DNA of 31,564 nt from Promethearchaeota archaeon (GCA_014728035.1 WJMJ01000056.1:1-31564); one strand, 5' to 3'; numbered from the stretch's first letter, positions 8,317-19,059 are shown. The notes: generated by a model from the sequence alone, not told the origin. Numbers and translations are program-made.

Positions 8317-9834
8317 TCATTCATTTTCTCTAAAACAATTCAGTTTGATTATGAAATGATTCCAATCGTTATTTCTTTGATATTTAATCGATCCATGATA
8401 GATATGAATCAATTTTTTCACTATATACAAACCTGCTCCCAATCCTTCATTTGAAGTACTTACGCTAGAATTTAGCGAGCTAATAACCTGCTTATCCAAA
8501 CTAGGTCCATTATCGGAAATTCTGATCAGACAGTTTTCTGCTTTCTTCTCCACAATAATAATGACCTCCGGTTTTTCTTTGTCATTGTGTTTAATCGCAT
8601 TTTCAAGTATGTTGACAAAAAGAAGAATTAACAAATCATCGGCGTTTACCATAATCGAATCGGGTATTTCTGATATAGTGATTTTGAATTGCTCTTTTCT
8701 TAATGATACTTTTAAAATATCGACTGCTCTTCTCAATGCCAAGTCTAAATCTATTGGTTCTAGTGTTAGATTTTTTTGAAGCCCAACATCTGCAAGTTCT
8801 CTAATTCTTTGAATCACTCTAGCGACGTTTTTTGAAATTGTTTGAAATTGATAATAGCCATCTTTTTGTTCTGAAAACTCTTCATTCATATACAGGTCAA
8901 TATACATCTGTAGAGATTGGAGAAGATTCCCTACTTCATGAGAATAGATATAGATGTAGAAATCACTTTCATTCTTTGCTATTTGTAATTCTTCTGTTCG
9001 TTTTGCTACTTTTTCACTTAACGACTTGTGTAGATTAACTGAGTAATCGAATATTGTTGAATAAGCTAAGATTAACATCGACATCCCAACGATCAGCAAA
9101 GTATAGAGATTTGATAGTTGAAAAGAACTAGTCCGCCCAACCAATGGAACAGCTGAGAAAAGAACTAACAGTAATACGAATGGAATTGATTTCTGTAAGA
9201 GATATTCTCCATTTCGATATCTCCACAGAAAATAAACTATAGTTCCAATTGTAATTATCAAGTAGAATACTTCAACAATTAATCCTAGCTGAGTAATACC
9301 TGATGAAAGAACAAATAGTGGTCCAAAATCAATTGGTGTTCCAATTATTATTAATCCAAAAGCTGGACAGATAGTAATTGAAACGACGATATAAAGAATC
9401 TCAATAGAAATATGATGCGAAACATTCTCCATTATCTCGCCAGTGAGAAAACCCACACTTGGAATCAAGCCGAGTATCGCAACTAAGATTTGACTTTTTG
9501 CTTGACTAGGATAGATAAACTCTGAACTAGGCATTCCTGAATATGTGAATGTAAATAGAAACATCGTGAAAAAAACGTTGTAACAGACTAAACCCACTAC
9601 TAAATGCCAAAAATCCTGTTCTTGATGATACATCTTCCAACTCATTATAGATATGAATCCACAGAGACTTCCAATTATGCCAGAAATTAAACTGAGATAT
9701 GCGACAAAAACACTAGGTTCAAGGATTGTCTCTGATACTGGATGTGAAGGTAGAATTGCAACTAGGATTATACTAACAATACTTGTGAATATTATAATTC
9801 CTATAATACTTCTATGGTGGATTGATTTAGGCAT
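8317..9834 (-). CDS. Multi-pass membrane sensor histidine kinase
   Basis: About 8 hydrophobic segments, coiled coil VAKRTEELQ, H-box SHEVGNLLQ, N-box NILENAIKHN, G1 SDNGPS, G2 GLGAGL. Probable start MPKS at 9834. Confidence 0.88.
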   Translation of the reverse strand: MPKSIHHRSIIGIIIFTSIVSIILVAILPSHPVSETILEPSVFVAYLSLISGIIGSLCGFISIMSWKMYHQEQDFWHLVVGLVCYNVFFTMFLFTFTYSGMPSSEFIYPSQAKSQILVAILGLIPSVGFLTGEIMENVSHHISIEILYIVVSITICPAFGLIIIGTPIDFGPLFVLSSGITQLGLIVEVFYLIITIGTIVYFLWRYRNGEYLLQKSIPFVLLLVLFSAVPLVGRTSSFQLSNLYTLLIVGMSMLILAYSTIFDYSVNLHKSLSEKVAKRTEELQIAKNESDFYIYIYSHEVGNLLQSLQMYIDLYMNEEFSEQKDGYYQFQTISKNVARVIQRIRELADVGLQKNLTLEPIDLDLALRRAVDILKVSLRKEQFKITISEIPDSIMVNADDLLILLFVNILENAIKHNDKEKPEVIIIVEKKAENCLIRISDNGPSLDKQVISSLNSSVSTSNEGLGAGLYIVKKLIHIYHGSIKYQRNNDWNHFIIKLNCFRENE

Positions 9835-9992
9835 AGTCAAATATTCCGTGGTATAACTGGTCAAATCTAAGTGTGTTAATGTATTCTCAGTAATTTGATT
9901 CAGCAATTTAAGTAATGTGTGAATGTCTGATTCAAAGTTTGAATTGTGCTAATAGGAATCATTAATACTCGCTTACAAAACAAAATCTTGCA

Positions 9993-11210
9993 ATGATAGG
10001 CCAGTGGATTTCAAGCAGAAGGGATATTCTGGCTATATACTTCTCGTTTGGTTTTCAGTCTACTGCAACAGCTATTTCATGGCAATTCATAACATATTTT
10101 ATCAAACATGACCTTGAAGTCAGTAGTTTCCTACTCATGACACTTGTATGGTCTGCACCTGCAATCATAGTAATGGTAGGCTCGAATCTTTGGGGGTCGA
10201 TATCAGACAGAAAAGGAAGAAGAAAGCCCTTCATGATTATGGGATTTTTAGGGTATGCATTAACTTACTTCTTGTACTCTTTTGTTCAAGATTGGATGCA
10301 ATTCTTGTTTGTTTCATTAGTTGGTTCTTTATTCTATGCTTCAGCACTTCCTGTTGGACAAGCTTACCTCACAACTGACATAAAAAACAAAGGTGAGGTA
10401 TTAGGTGGTTTTCTGATGGCACAGAGTGCAGGCTGGTTTATTGGTGCTCTCGGAAGTGGATTTACTTATGATTATCTAGGTATGTTTACATTATATCGAA
10501 TTGCTGGAGCTCTATCTCTTCTTGCAACCATATTATGTATAGCGTTTGTCCGAGATATCGAAGTAAAGCCATCCGTCGAAATATATGAGGTTGACAGACT
10601 TTCAATTCTTAGTAGACCTGGTATGAAACGACTTCTGGGTTCTGTTACGATTTCTAGTGTAGGAATTAATTCACTTACATTTGTTCTTGCAATTCTCATT
10701 GTTGACGAACTTCATGGAGATCCTGCCCATGTAGGATTGGCCAATTCCCTTGCAACTTTCTTTGCAGTTTTGATAGCCAGCCGTATTGGGAGAATTGTGG
10801 ATGAAAAAGGCCCCATCAAAATTCTTCTTGTAGGCTTTTCTTTGTATATGATTATTGCATTCATTTTTGCCTCTACATCAAATCCATTGATTGCTACCTT
10901 TTCTCAGGCTATTCCTGTGTATCCTTTTGTTTCAACTGCAGCTTATGCAATGGCTGCTATGATTTCTGGGAAATCAGAACGAGGGAGCGCCATGGGATTA
11001 ATAGTTGGTGGACAAAATGCTGGAAATGCTATAGGACCTATAATTGGTGGGATCTTTGCAGAGTATATCTTTGGTACTGTTCAACCGATAGCATGGATTT
11101 ATCTTCTGCTCAATTTCATAGCTTTACTTCTTGCTTTTAGTTTAATTTCGATTAGTAAAGAATTACATGAAAATGAGATTTATGGAAACGAAATAGAACC
11201 AGGACTCTAG
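9993..11210 (+). CDS. Major facilitator superfamily transporter
   Basis: About 12 TM segments; MFS motif A WGSISDRKGRRK and repeat GRIVDEKGP; ERGSAMG; GPIIGG. Confidence 0.92.
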   Translation: MIGQWISSRRDILAIYFSFGFQSTATAISWQFITYFIKHDLEVSSFLLMTLVWSAPAIIVMVGSNLWGSISDRKGRRKPFMIMGFLGYALTYFLYSFVQDWMQFLFVSLVGSLFYASALPVGQAYLTTDIKNKGEVLGGFLMAQSAGWFIGALGSGFTYDYLGMFTLYRIAGALSLLATILCIAFVRDIEVKPSVEIYEVDRLSILSRPGMKRLLGSVTISSVGINSLTFVLAILIVDELHGDPAHVGLANSLATFFAVLIASRIGRIVDEKGPIKILLVGFSLYMIIAFIFASTSNPLIATFSQAIPVYPFVSTAAYAMAAMISGKSERGSAMGLIVGGQNAGNAIGPIIGGIFAEYIFGTVQPIAWIYLLLNFIALLLAFSLISISKELHENEIYGNEIEPGL

Positions 11211-11233
11211 AAAACTAGAGCCCTTATTGAATT

Positions 11234-12421
11234 TTATTCGATGTCCATTTCTATTCCGTCAATAAAGACCTGTTCTACGTTGCTATAGAATTCAAATGGA
11301 TGTCCTGACCAGACCACAATATCTGCATCTTTACCTTTTTCTAAAGATCCAATTTCTTTCTCAAGACCAAGTATCTCTGCTGGATATAATGTGACACATT
11401 TCAATGCATCTTCCCTACTCATACCATGCTTAATCGAATACATTGGAAGTAATGGAAAGTGATTCATGGGTGTAATTGAATCGGTCTGTAAAGCAACCTT
11501 AACACCAGCTTTGTTCAAAATAACGGGAGTATCAAATCCCTTTTCGACAGTTTCTGGCTTAGATGTCCAGTGAATGGTGGGACCAATAACTGCTGGAAAG
11601 CCTTTCTCAGCTAGATAGTCAGCTATCTTGTGCCCTTCGGTACAGTGGATTAGAACTACTCGTATTCCAAATTCTTCTGCTATTCGAATGACTGTGGAAA
11701 TATCGTCTGCACGATGAGCATGTGCATGAAGTGGAATCTCTTTTTTGAGAACTTTCGCTACAACTTCCATTGCGATATTGGTTTTTGGCCTCTGAGGTGC
11801 AGGATCTCCTTCCCCTTTTGCCTTCCTGGCTTTTGCTCCATAAGCCCTCCATTCTTCAAGATAGTCTTGGGCTTCAATGAGGGTTTTGCGTAAGATTGAA
11901 GCTACTCCCATTCGTGTTGAAGGTGTTTTTTTATCTGTTCCGTAGACTCTTTTAGGATTCTCACCAAAAGCTACTTTCAGACCCGAAGGAGCAAGAACAA
12001 CCATCTGGTCTACTACAGTTGATCCATTTGGCTTGAAAACAAAAGCCTGTCCACCCACAACGTTGGCTGAACCTGGACCGGTGTTTACACAGGTAACACC
12101 ACCTTTCAAAATGTCCTTTAGAGATGGCTCATCTGGATTGAAGCTGTCGATCCCTCTTAGTTCTGGTGTTACTGGATTTGTTGCCTCATTTCCATCCATT
12201 CCAGCATTTCCAATACTTCCATCGAACAGACCCTGATGAGCATGTGCATCAATGAAACCAGGAAGAACATATTTACCACCAACATCGATTGTTTCAGCAT
12301 CAGGTGGAATCTTAATTCCCTGTCCAATATCATGGATCTTTTTTTCATCAAAGACAATTGTTCCATCCTTGATTAATCCTAGAACAGGGCACAAAATTGT
12401 AGCATTTGTAATCGCTTTCAA
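11234..12421 (-). CDS. Metal-dependent amidohydrolase (imidazolonepropionase-like superfamily)
   Basis: PGFIDAHAH, LKVAFGENPK, HAHRADDI, IHCTEG, QTDS, GSLEKGKDADIVVW. TTG start. Confidence 0.9.
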   Translation of the reverse strand: MKAITNATILCPVLGLIKDGTIVFDEKKIHDIGQGIKIPPDAETIDVGGKYVLPGFIDAHAHQGLFDGSIGNAGMDGNEATNPVTPELRGIDSFNPDEPSLKDILKGGVTCVNTGPGSANVVGGQAFVFKPNGSTVVDQMVVLAPSGLKVAFGENPKRVYGTDKKTPSTRMGVASILRKTLIEAQDYLEEWRAYGAKARKAKGEGDPAPQRPKTNIAMEVVAKVLKKEIPLHAHAHRADDISTVIRIAEEFGIRVVLIHCTEGHKIADYLAEKGFPAVIGPTIHWTSKPETVEKGFDTPVILNKAGVKVALQTDSITPMNHFPLLPMYSIKHGMSREDALKCVTLYPAEILGLEKEIGSLEKGKDADIVVWSGHPFEFYSNVEQVFIDGIEMDIE

Positions 12422-12484
12422 AGTAATGCCTCATGTAAAACATTACACTCCTAAACTAAAGGTTTCGGAAAGAAGTAAAATTCA

Positions 12485-13111
12485 TCATCGTGACATGATT
12501 TTGAATAAGACAAGAGCTCTTTGAGCAAGACGTGAAGTTTGGTCTATTATGTCCATTACGGTTAGGTCTAATGCCTCAGCTTGTGAGAGGACTCTTGCTC
12601 CTCTATCTGCACTATATAGACTCCTTAGAAACATAAGATGTGCATGTTCAGAATCATGTTGAAGTTGAATAATCTCCTTCAGAGCTTCCTTGGGACTACA
12701 TGACTCTGTTGGATCTACGATTCGCTCAACCAATTGAAATGCCTTATCCAACCAATTCAGAAGCTTGTTAAGATGATTGTTTATCCAATCCTCCAAAATA
12801 ACCAATCCCAAACGATGCCCAAGCTTATTCAGCAGTCGTATGATTAAATCATAGCTAGAGATGAAGAGTTGTAACTCCTGAGGATTCAGACCGTTTGTCT
12901 TCTTGTCAATAACTCTTTGATGAAGAACTATCGAATGGTAATCATTTCTCTCGTCAAACTGTGCTAACATCTTATCCACTTCTGGAGCTACTGGACCAGA
13001 TTCGATTGCCAGTACCCACTGGATCTGTTCTCGAAGACTAGCTAGAATTTTAGAAATCAGACTGTTGACATCATCATCTAGACTTTCTTCAAATACATCA
13101 TTATCGGTCAC
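12485..13111 (-). CDS. Helical-bundle protein, probable divergent DUF47/PhoU-like phosphate-transport regulator
   Basis: 208 aa, all-helical, with two repeats QFDERNDYHSIVL and QLQHDSEHAHLMFLRSLY resembling DUF47 ExExD helices; GGAGG upstream of the GTG start. Confidence 0.5.
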   Translation of the reverse strand: MTDNDVFEESLDDDVNSLISKILASLREQIQWVLAIESGPVAPEVDKMLAQFDERNDYHSIVLHQRVIDKKTNGLNPQELQLFISSYDLIIRLLNKLGHRLGLVILEDWINNHLNKLLNWLDKAFQLVERIVDPTESCSPKEALKEIIQLQHDSEHAHLMFLRSLYSADRGARVLSQAEALDLTVMDIIDQTSRLAQRALVLFKIMSR

Positions 13112-13196
13112 TCTAAGGTGTCCTCCGAAGGGATTATACTAATACTGTTGTGAAATGGTAATATAATTTTGATTATGGTAGTAATTATATTAGTAT

Positions 13197-13226
13197 TAAA
13201 AATGAAAAATGCCCCACGAATGGGGC
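13197..13226 (-). terminator. Intrinsic-type terminator of gap
   Basis: Minus strand reads GCCCCA-TTCG-TGGGGC then ATTTTTCATTTTT, 9 nt past the stop. Confidence 0.7.
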
Positions 13227-13235
13227 TTTGTATTA

Positions 13236-14237
13236 CTATAACTTTTCAGCTACTAATGCAGTTAAATCTGCAAGTCGATATGAGTAGCCCGCTTCATTAT
13301 CGTACCATCCAAGAACTTTCACCATGTCCTCATTTACCATTGTAACTAGTGAATCAAAGATGCATGAATGAGGGTTCCCTATATAGTCTGAAGACACCAG
13401 TGGTTCGTCGCTATACTGTAGAATTCCCTTCATTTCACCTTCAGCAGTTTTCTTGAATGCAGCATTAATTTCATCAACGTCTGGTTTCTTCTCAAGATTT
13501 GCTATCAAATCAACAACACTAACGTCCATTACAGGCACTCTAATTGCCATTCCATCCAGTTTTCCTACCATCTTTGGATACACAAGACCAATCGCTTTAG
13601 CTGCTCCAGTTGTTGTTGGAATTATATTCCAAGGTGCAGCACGTGCTCTTCTGAGGTCTCCATGTTGTAGATCTAGAATCCGCTGGTCATTGGTGACAGC
13701 ATGAATCGTGGTCATAAGCCCTTTTGCAATTCCAAATTCTGTGTCTAGAACTTTGACAAGAGGAGCAAGACAATTTGTAGTGCATGAAGCATTCGAGATA
13801 ACGTGATGTTTTGTTGGGTCATAATCTCCCTCATTGACACCCAAGACAACTGTAAACATCTCACCCTTACCTGGTGCACTTACTAAAACTTTCTTTGCTC
13901 CAGCAGCAATATGTTTTGCTGCATCATCAGGTTTCCTAAAGAATCCTGTTGATTCAATTACGATGTCAACCTCCATTTCCTTCCATGGGAGTTCTGCGGG
14001 GTTTCGTTCAGAGAGAACCTTTACCTCTTTTCCATTAATTTTCATATAATCCTCTTCGACCTTAACGGTCCCATCGAATTTGCCACTAACAGTATCATAT
14101 CTGAGCAGATGAGCTAACGTCTCTGCATCAGTAAGATCATTTATTGCGATAATTTCGAATTCCTTCATCTTGTGAGCAGCGCGTAGATAAGTACGCCCTA
14201 TTCTTCCAAAACCATTGATTGCCACTTTTACAGTCAT
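13236..14237 (-). CDS. gap: Glyceraldehyde-3-phosphate dehydrogenase, class I (bacterial/eukaryotic type)
   Basis: AINGFGRIGR, AINDL, ISNASCTTNCLAP, IIPTTTGAAKA, WYDNE. Start MTVKVA at 14237 with AGGTG upstream. Confidence 0.97.
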   Translation of the reverse strand: MTVKVAINGFGRIGRTYLRAAHKMKEFEIIAINDLTDAETLAHLLRYDTVSGKFDGTVKVEEDYMKINGKEVKVLSERNPAELPWKEMEVDIVIESTGFFRKPDDAAKHIAAGAKKVLVSAPGKGEMFTVVLGVNEGDYDPTKHHVISNASCTTNCLAPLVKVLDTEFGIAKGLMTTIHAVTNDQRILDLQHGDLRRARAAPWNIIPTTTGAAKAIGLVYPKMVGKLDGMAIRVPVMDVSVVDLIANLEKKPDVDEINAAFKKTAEGEMKGILQYSDEPLVSSDYIGNPHSCIFDSLVTMVNEDMVKVLGWYDNEAGYSYRLADLTALVAEKL

Positions 14238-14319
14238 AAGTTGCACCTGCGAGAATACTTCGCTCACATACTCTCGCACTCTGCTATGCTATATTTCTTG
14301 TGTATCGTTGTATTTCCAT

Positions 14320-15551
14320 CTATTCCAGCTCTGCATGTTGAGATAGAACCTGTTCATATTTTTTCATTCACACAGCATAAATTGGAATTAAGAACAACTC
14401 AGTAATTCCCACAATTATGAATGGAGCAACTGGATTGAATTATATCCAAGCAAGGCCTCCAACTATGGGTCCAAGAAATCTGGCCATTTCTACAATTGCT
14501 TCAAAAGTTCCAAATCCTTCTCCTGCTCTTCCTTCATATGCCGTACCAAGAATTGCTGTCATTACTGTGTATGCGGAGGTTGCAGCAATACCTTCAATGG
14601 TAAATAGAATTGCAATTAACAAGAGACCTATTTCCAAACTTGGCATTATCTGTGGAAAATATGCTAGACCCAGAGTACTAGCTGAAACTGCAACATCAGC
14701 TCCTGAAACAATTCGGACTTTGCGTTATCTGCAATTTTACCAATATGTCCTCTAAAAATTGCTGAAAGTATCCCATTGGGAAGGTATACCAGAGCACCAA
14801 TTTCTAAAATCTCTCTGAATTGATCCAAAATATATATCTCTACGATGGGTGAGCGCAGAGCAATTACAAAAGCATCAATTGCCGCTGCAAGAATCAATGT
14901 ATAGATACTTCTTCCCAAAGTGGACTTAGTTATCGAGTCCATCTCAATGGGTTTTGTTTCTACTTGAGGTTGTTTGTCAACTGCGATTACTACTGCACCT
15001 AATACATTGGTAATAGCAAAAACTAGGAATTCTGAATTCATACCGACAGAAAACACAAGTGAAAATCCCAAACAGTTGCCAATAATTTATCCTCGTGCAT
15101 TGGCAGCTGAACGCCTTCCAAATGCTTCAGAACGATTCTCCCTGTTTACTCTTTCTGAAATCTCTGCATCATTACCAACTCAATAGAATGACACTTCCAT
15201 TCCCCAAATTAGACTATTGAAGATAAGCATGTAGATATTATTCATCTCGATAGAGCCATACATGCCAGCATATGCAACAGCTCGGATTACTGCTCCTATG
15301 GAGATTAGTGATCGTCATTTCCCAGCTATTGCCAATTTACCTGCATTCGGTGAGAAAATGATGTTTCCTAGAGTCAATAAGGAGAATATCAATGCAACTT
15401 CTAATGGGGAAGCAGCTATTATCTCATAAGCAATGAATGGCAATAGGAAACTAATGAAGAAGCATCCCAATGAACAGAAAACGGTTGAGTTATATATTGA
15501 TTTCAAACTTGACCAAGTAGTTTGGGGTTTTGGAGCATGCATATGCTTCAT
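14320..15551 (-). pseudogene. Disrupted MFS transporter
   Basis: One ~410-codon MFS reading (AGKLA...GK*RSL, ENRSEAFG, GKIAD, GEGFG, GPIVGG) broken by in-frame stops TGA 15315-17, TGA 15180-82, TAA 15087-89, TAA 14440-42, TGA 14368-70 and a frameshift near 14715-14725. Confidence 0.88.
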
Positions 15552-15649
15552 CACCTTGATGTTCTATTATATTGTTTCTCCTTATGATTCTGAAAGGCAA
15601 TCATAGATTCTTTTAGGAACATATGCAAAAGAAAAGGTTAGGTCTTGAT

Positions 15650-16990
15650 ATGAAAGAAGTAATGTCGTATATTGATGAGCATCTCAATACTGCTATCGAG
15701 GATGTAATCCGTCTGTGTAGGTTTGCAACTGTTGCTGCTAAGAAACAAGACATTGTTGAAACTGCAGATGCAGTTGAGGGACTTTTGGAATCAGTAGGCC
15801 TTGAGACCGTTGTTCACGAAATTCAGGGCTCACCTGTTATTACTGGTTGGATGGATAATGGTGGAAGTAGGACCCTAATGTTCTATGACCATTATGATGT
15901 GCAGCCTGCAGAACCATTTGATTTATGGGATAGTCCCCCTTTTGAACCTGAGATTCGTAATGGTCGAATATATGGTAGAGGTACTTGTGATAATAAGGGC
16001 GATATTGTTTCGCGTGTATGGGCATTGAAAGCATTTCTTGAAACCAATACTGATATCCCTGTGAATATCAAATTTATAGTTGAAGGGGAAGAGGAAATCA
16101 GCTCACCAAATCTTCCAGCATTTGTCGAGAACAATGAAGATTTCATGCATGCTGACGCAGGTATCTGGGAATTTGGAGCGTCTGATGTCACTGGAATTCA
16201 AGAAGCTTGGTTAGGCCTGAAAGGATTGCTCTATGTACAATTAGAAGTGGAAAAGATGAATTTGGATGGCCACTCAGGATATGCTTGCATATTTCCTTCT
16301 GCTGCTTATCGATTGGTCTGGGCGTTAGATTCTTTGAAGGCAGTTGATGGTAGTATCAAAATTGATGGCTTTCATACTGATGTCAAACCTCTTTCAGAAG
16401 CAGATAAGAAAGCAATTGAAAAAATAGATTTGCATGAGGATAGAATCAAAGAGTTCTATGGAATGAATGAATTTATGAATGGTTTAACTGGAGATGCTCT
16501 CAAGGAGGCATTCTATAATGCACCAACATGTAACATCTGTGGTATCAAGACAGGCTATCAAGATGAAGGTTCTAAGACAGTCATTCCTGCAAGAGCATTA
16601 GCAAAACTTGATTTCCGACTTGTGGTCAATCAGGACCCTGATGATATATTGAAGAAACTACGTAAGCACCTTGACAAACATGGTTTCTCTGACGTGAAAA
16701 TTGCTTGGCATGAAGGATATCCTGCTGCTAGAACTCCTATAGACCATCCATTTGTAGAGATAGTAAAGAGGGCTAATGTACGAAGTCATGGCCATGCTAT
16801 TCATATCCATCCTACAAATCCAGGCTCCGGTCCTTTGTATTTATTCGATAGATATGTGCCAATGGTTTCAATTGGTGTTGCGGATTTCTATTCTCGAGCG
16901 CATGCTCCGAATGAAAGTATCCTCGTTGAAAACTTCCACTTGGGCATGAAACGAATTGCTGTAATTATCGATGAAATGCGGAATTGGTAA
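15650..16990 (+). CDS. M20/M25/M40 family metallopeptidase (dipeptidase/ArgE-DapE-like)
   Basis: HYDVQPA, GRGTCDNKG, EGEEE, DFRLV, HAPNE. Start is 15650 or 15623. Confidence 0.92.
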   Translation: MKEVMSYIDEHLNTAIEDVIRLCRFATVAAKKQDIVETADAVEGLLESVGLETVVHEIQGSPVITGWMDNGGSRTLMFYDHYDVQPAEPFDLWDSPPFEPEIRNGRIYGRGTCDNKGDIVSRVWALKAFLETNTDIPVNIKFIVEGEEEISSPNLPAFVENNEDFMHADAGIWEFGASDVTGIQEAWLGLKGLLYVQLEVEKMNLDGHSGYACIFPSAAYRLVWALDSLKAVDGSIKIDGFHTDVKPLSEADKKAIEKIDLHEDRIKEFYGMNEFMNGLTGDALKEAFYNAPTCNICGIKTGYQDEGSKTVIPARALAKLDFRLVVNQDPDDILKKLRKHLDKHGFSDVKIAWHEGYPAARTPIDHPFVEIVKRANVRSHGHAIHIHPTNPGSGPLYLFDRYVPMVSIGVADFYSRAHAPNESILVENFHLGMKRIAVIIDEMRNW

Positions 16991-17009
16991 TTCTGTGTAT
17001 CTTAGCTGA

Positions 17010-17348
17010 TTACCAGACCATTGGTACAAAACCTTGGTTGACATAATCAGCTATGATTTTACCAACATATTCAACGCGAACTCCAATTTCTGCAGTTTTT
17101 TCAGAGAGACTATCACGGTCTGAGATGAACTTACATGCGATAGGTTCGACCATTGGTATCATCTCATCAGTTTCTGCTGCGATTTCAGCATCATCAACCA
17201 ATACTTGTTGAGCAGGTCCGAAGAATATCACTCTAACCTCTCCCATCCAATCGTATTTGTGAGTGTTACGTGCATACATGAGAGCAGTGAGAATTTTGTT
17301 TCGATCAGATGTCGAAATAATCACTAGAAGATTCTTTTTTTCTTTCAT
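17010..17348 (-). CDS. DsrE/DsrF-like family protein
   Basis: 112 aa from MKEKK; YARNTHKYDW..VRVIFFGPAQ, PIACK, VEYVGKII...GF. Confidence 0.75.
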   Translation of the reverse strand: MKEKKNLLVIISTSDRNKILTALMYARNTHKYDWMGEVRVIFFGPAQQVLVDDAEIAAETDEMIPMVEPIACKFISDRDSLSEKTAEIGVRVEYVGKIIADYVNQGFVPMVW

Positions 17349-17384
17349 ACTATTGCTTATGAGTGCGATATGTCTTATATTATT

Positions 17385-17417
17385 GGATAAAAAGAGAAAG
17401 GGGGAGCTTGTGCTCCC
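17385..17417 (-). terminator. Hairpin + U-tract after the DUF4139 pair
   Basis: Minus strand reads GGGAGC-ACAA-GCTCCC then CCTTTCTCTTTTTATCC. Confidence 0.7.
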
Positions 17418-17428
17418 GTAGTATCTAT

Positions 17429-19048
17429 TTATGGAAGTGGGGGTCGAATTCTGATATCCTTCTCCCATTCGACTGAATACTCGTACTCGATTGTCTTCTC
17501 CTTTTCAGGTTCTACCTGAATTTCCCACTCGATCACTCCAAGCTCAAATTTCTTGTAAGGAATTGATGGTGGAGGAGCTTCAATAGAGATCTTTTCAGAA
17601 TCACTATGAGGAATTCTGTCAACTATCTTTATGTCAATTGGTTTGTTTGCAAAACTTTTGATCTCAATCTTGTATTTGTATTGTCGTTTGTTCTTTCCAC
17701 GAGTGAATCCAGCTTTCTCAGTTTCTTTATCTAGTAATTTCTTCTCTGCTTTGACATCATATGCAACTCGAGTGCCAAGCCTGAATTTTTCTCTGGGTGA
17801 TTTCATATCCAAAGTAGTTTCGCCAAGAAAGTCTCCTTGTGCATAGACTTTTACTTTGCCAGGGAGTAGAACTGCGTCAGAGTTAGTTATCTCATCTTGT
17901 GCTACAACTTCAGTCATTGCATAAGCATTCCAGAAGTGCAGTCTACGTGATTCGAAGTCTTCTTCAGTAAGAGTGACAGGATGAGTTTCGTCATCAGAAC
18001 TAATAGATATCTCACCGGGGACTTCATACATGACTGTACCACTCAAGCTCTCTCTAACATCAGCACGGCGTTCTGCCATTGTTGTCGGAGGTTCGAATGC
18101 TTCCTTTTTCTCGTCGATCATCATTTCTTCTTCTTCAGAATCCATGTAATCGTCATCTGCCTCAGTTGCTAAACCACCATAACCGACGCCTCCACCTCTT
18201 CCTCCTGGACCCGCAAAAAAGTCACTAATTTCTGCCTTAAATGTGTCAATATAGTACGGTTTGGGTTTGACTGCAGAAACTGGTCTTGCGGAAGCAGTTG
18301 AAACTGTAAGCTCGATATCATTCCAGTCCTCTCGTGAAGAGTTTCGGACCAATGCAATTCTTTTGACATTAGCTTTTTCTTCACCAATATCAATGTCGTA
18401 TGTTGGGTTCCATCCTGCTGTATTGAGTTGATATGATACTTCGAGGAATAGCTTGGTAGTTTCTTTGACATCGACTAGGATTTTAACCTCATGGAATACT
18501 CTAACACGAGAAAGACTTCGGATGTCACTGATTTTTGAATGAAGAACCTGCAGTTGATCATCGAGGTCCTTGATTTCTTCAGTCAGTTCCCGAATTCTCT
18601 TCTTTGTATCAGTTAGTAGTTTTACTGTAGTTTCATCCATATTGGTAAGGTTGTCTATTTTTGCCTCCCCTGCAGCATACCATTTCCCGAATTCACTAGC
18701 AAATTGCTTTGATATGGCAATCAGACGATCCTGACGAGCTCGCTGAAAGTTCAGGTCATCCGTGACCTGTTCTTTCTTTTTCTCAAGTTTTTCGATTTCC
18801 TTGGTTAGCTTTTCTATCTCGCTGTTGTCTTCTTGTTTGACATATTCTTTCTTTACGTCTATTCCTTTGAGAATCGCCTTTCCTTTTCCTTTTACTCGGA
18901 AGCTGTCTTCATGAGCGTCTTGGGTTATACCGCTAACAAGGAGGGTTTGTTCTCCAGGTTCTAGTTTCATGCTACCAGAGCGGGTTATTCTAGCTCCATC
19001 TCTGAATACTGTTACATTGGAAATGTCTGTTTTGAATTCTTTACTCAT
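17429..19048 (-). CDS. DUF4140/DUF4139 (MuiA-like, TIGR02231) protein, paralogue B
   Basis: VTVFRDGARITR, DSFRVKG, coiled coil, SY...AGWNPTYDI, VRNSSREDW..LTVSTA, LLPGKVKVY..GDFLGET, DRIPHS. AGGAGG precedes ATG 19048. Confidence 0.9.
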   Translation of the reverse strand: MSKEFKTDISNVTVFRDGARITRSGSMKLEPGEQTLLVSGITQDAHEDSFRVKGKGKAILKGIDVKKEYVKQEDNSEIEKLTKEIEKLEKKKEQVTDDLNFQRARQDRLIAISKQFASEFGKWYAAGEAKIDNLTNMDETTVKLLTDTKKRIRELTEEIKDLDDQLQVLHSKISDIRSLSRVRVFHEVKILVDVKETTKLFLEVSYQLNTAGWNPTYDIDIGEEKANVKRIALVRNSSREDWNDIELTVSTASARPVSAVKPKPYYIDTFKAEISDFFAGPGGRGGGVGYGGLATEADDDYMDSEEEEMMIDEKKEAFEPPTTMAERRADVRESLSGTVMYEVPGEISISSDDETHPVTLTEEDFESRRLHFWNAYAMTEVVAQDEITNSDAVLLPGKVKVYAQGDFLGETTLDMKSPREKFRLGTRVAYDVKAEKKLLDKETEKAGFTRGKNKRQYKYKIEIKSFANKPIDIKIVDRIPHSDSEKISIEAPPPSIPYKKFELGVIEWEIQVEPEKEKTIEYEYSVEWEKDIRIRPPLP

Positions 19049-19059
19049 CTTGATTCCTC

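Noticed and set aside
14320-15551. In-frame TGA codons as selenocysteine or a variant genetic code
   Set aside because: The same frame also has TAA stops and a frameshift, and TGA terminates intact genes elsewhere (3373, 5950, 24789).
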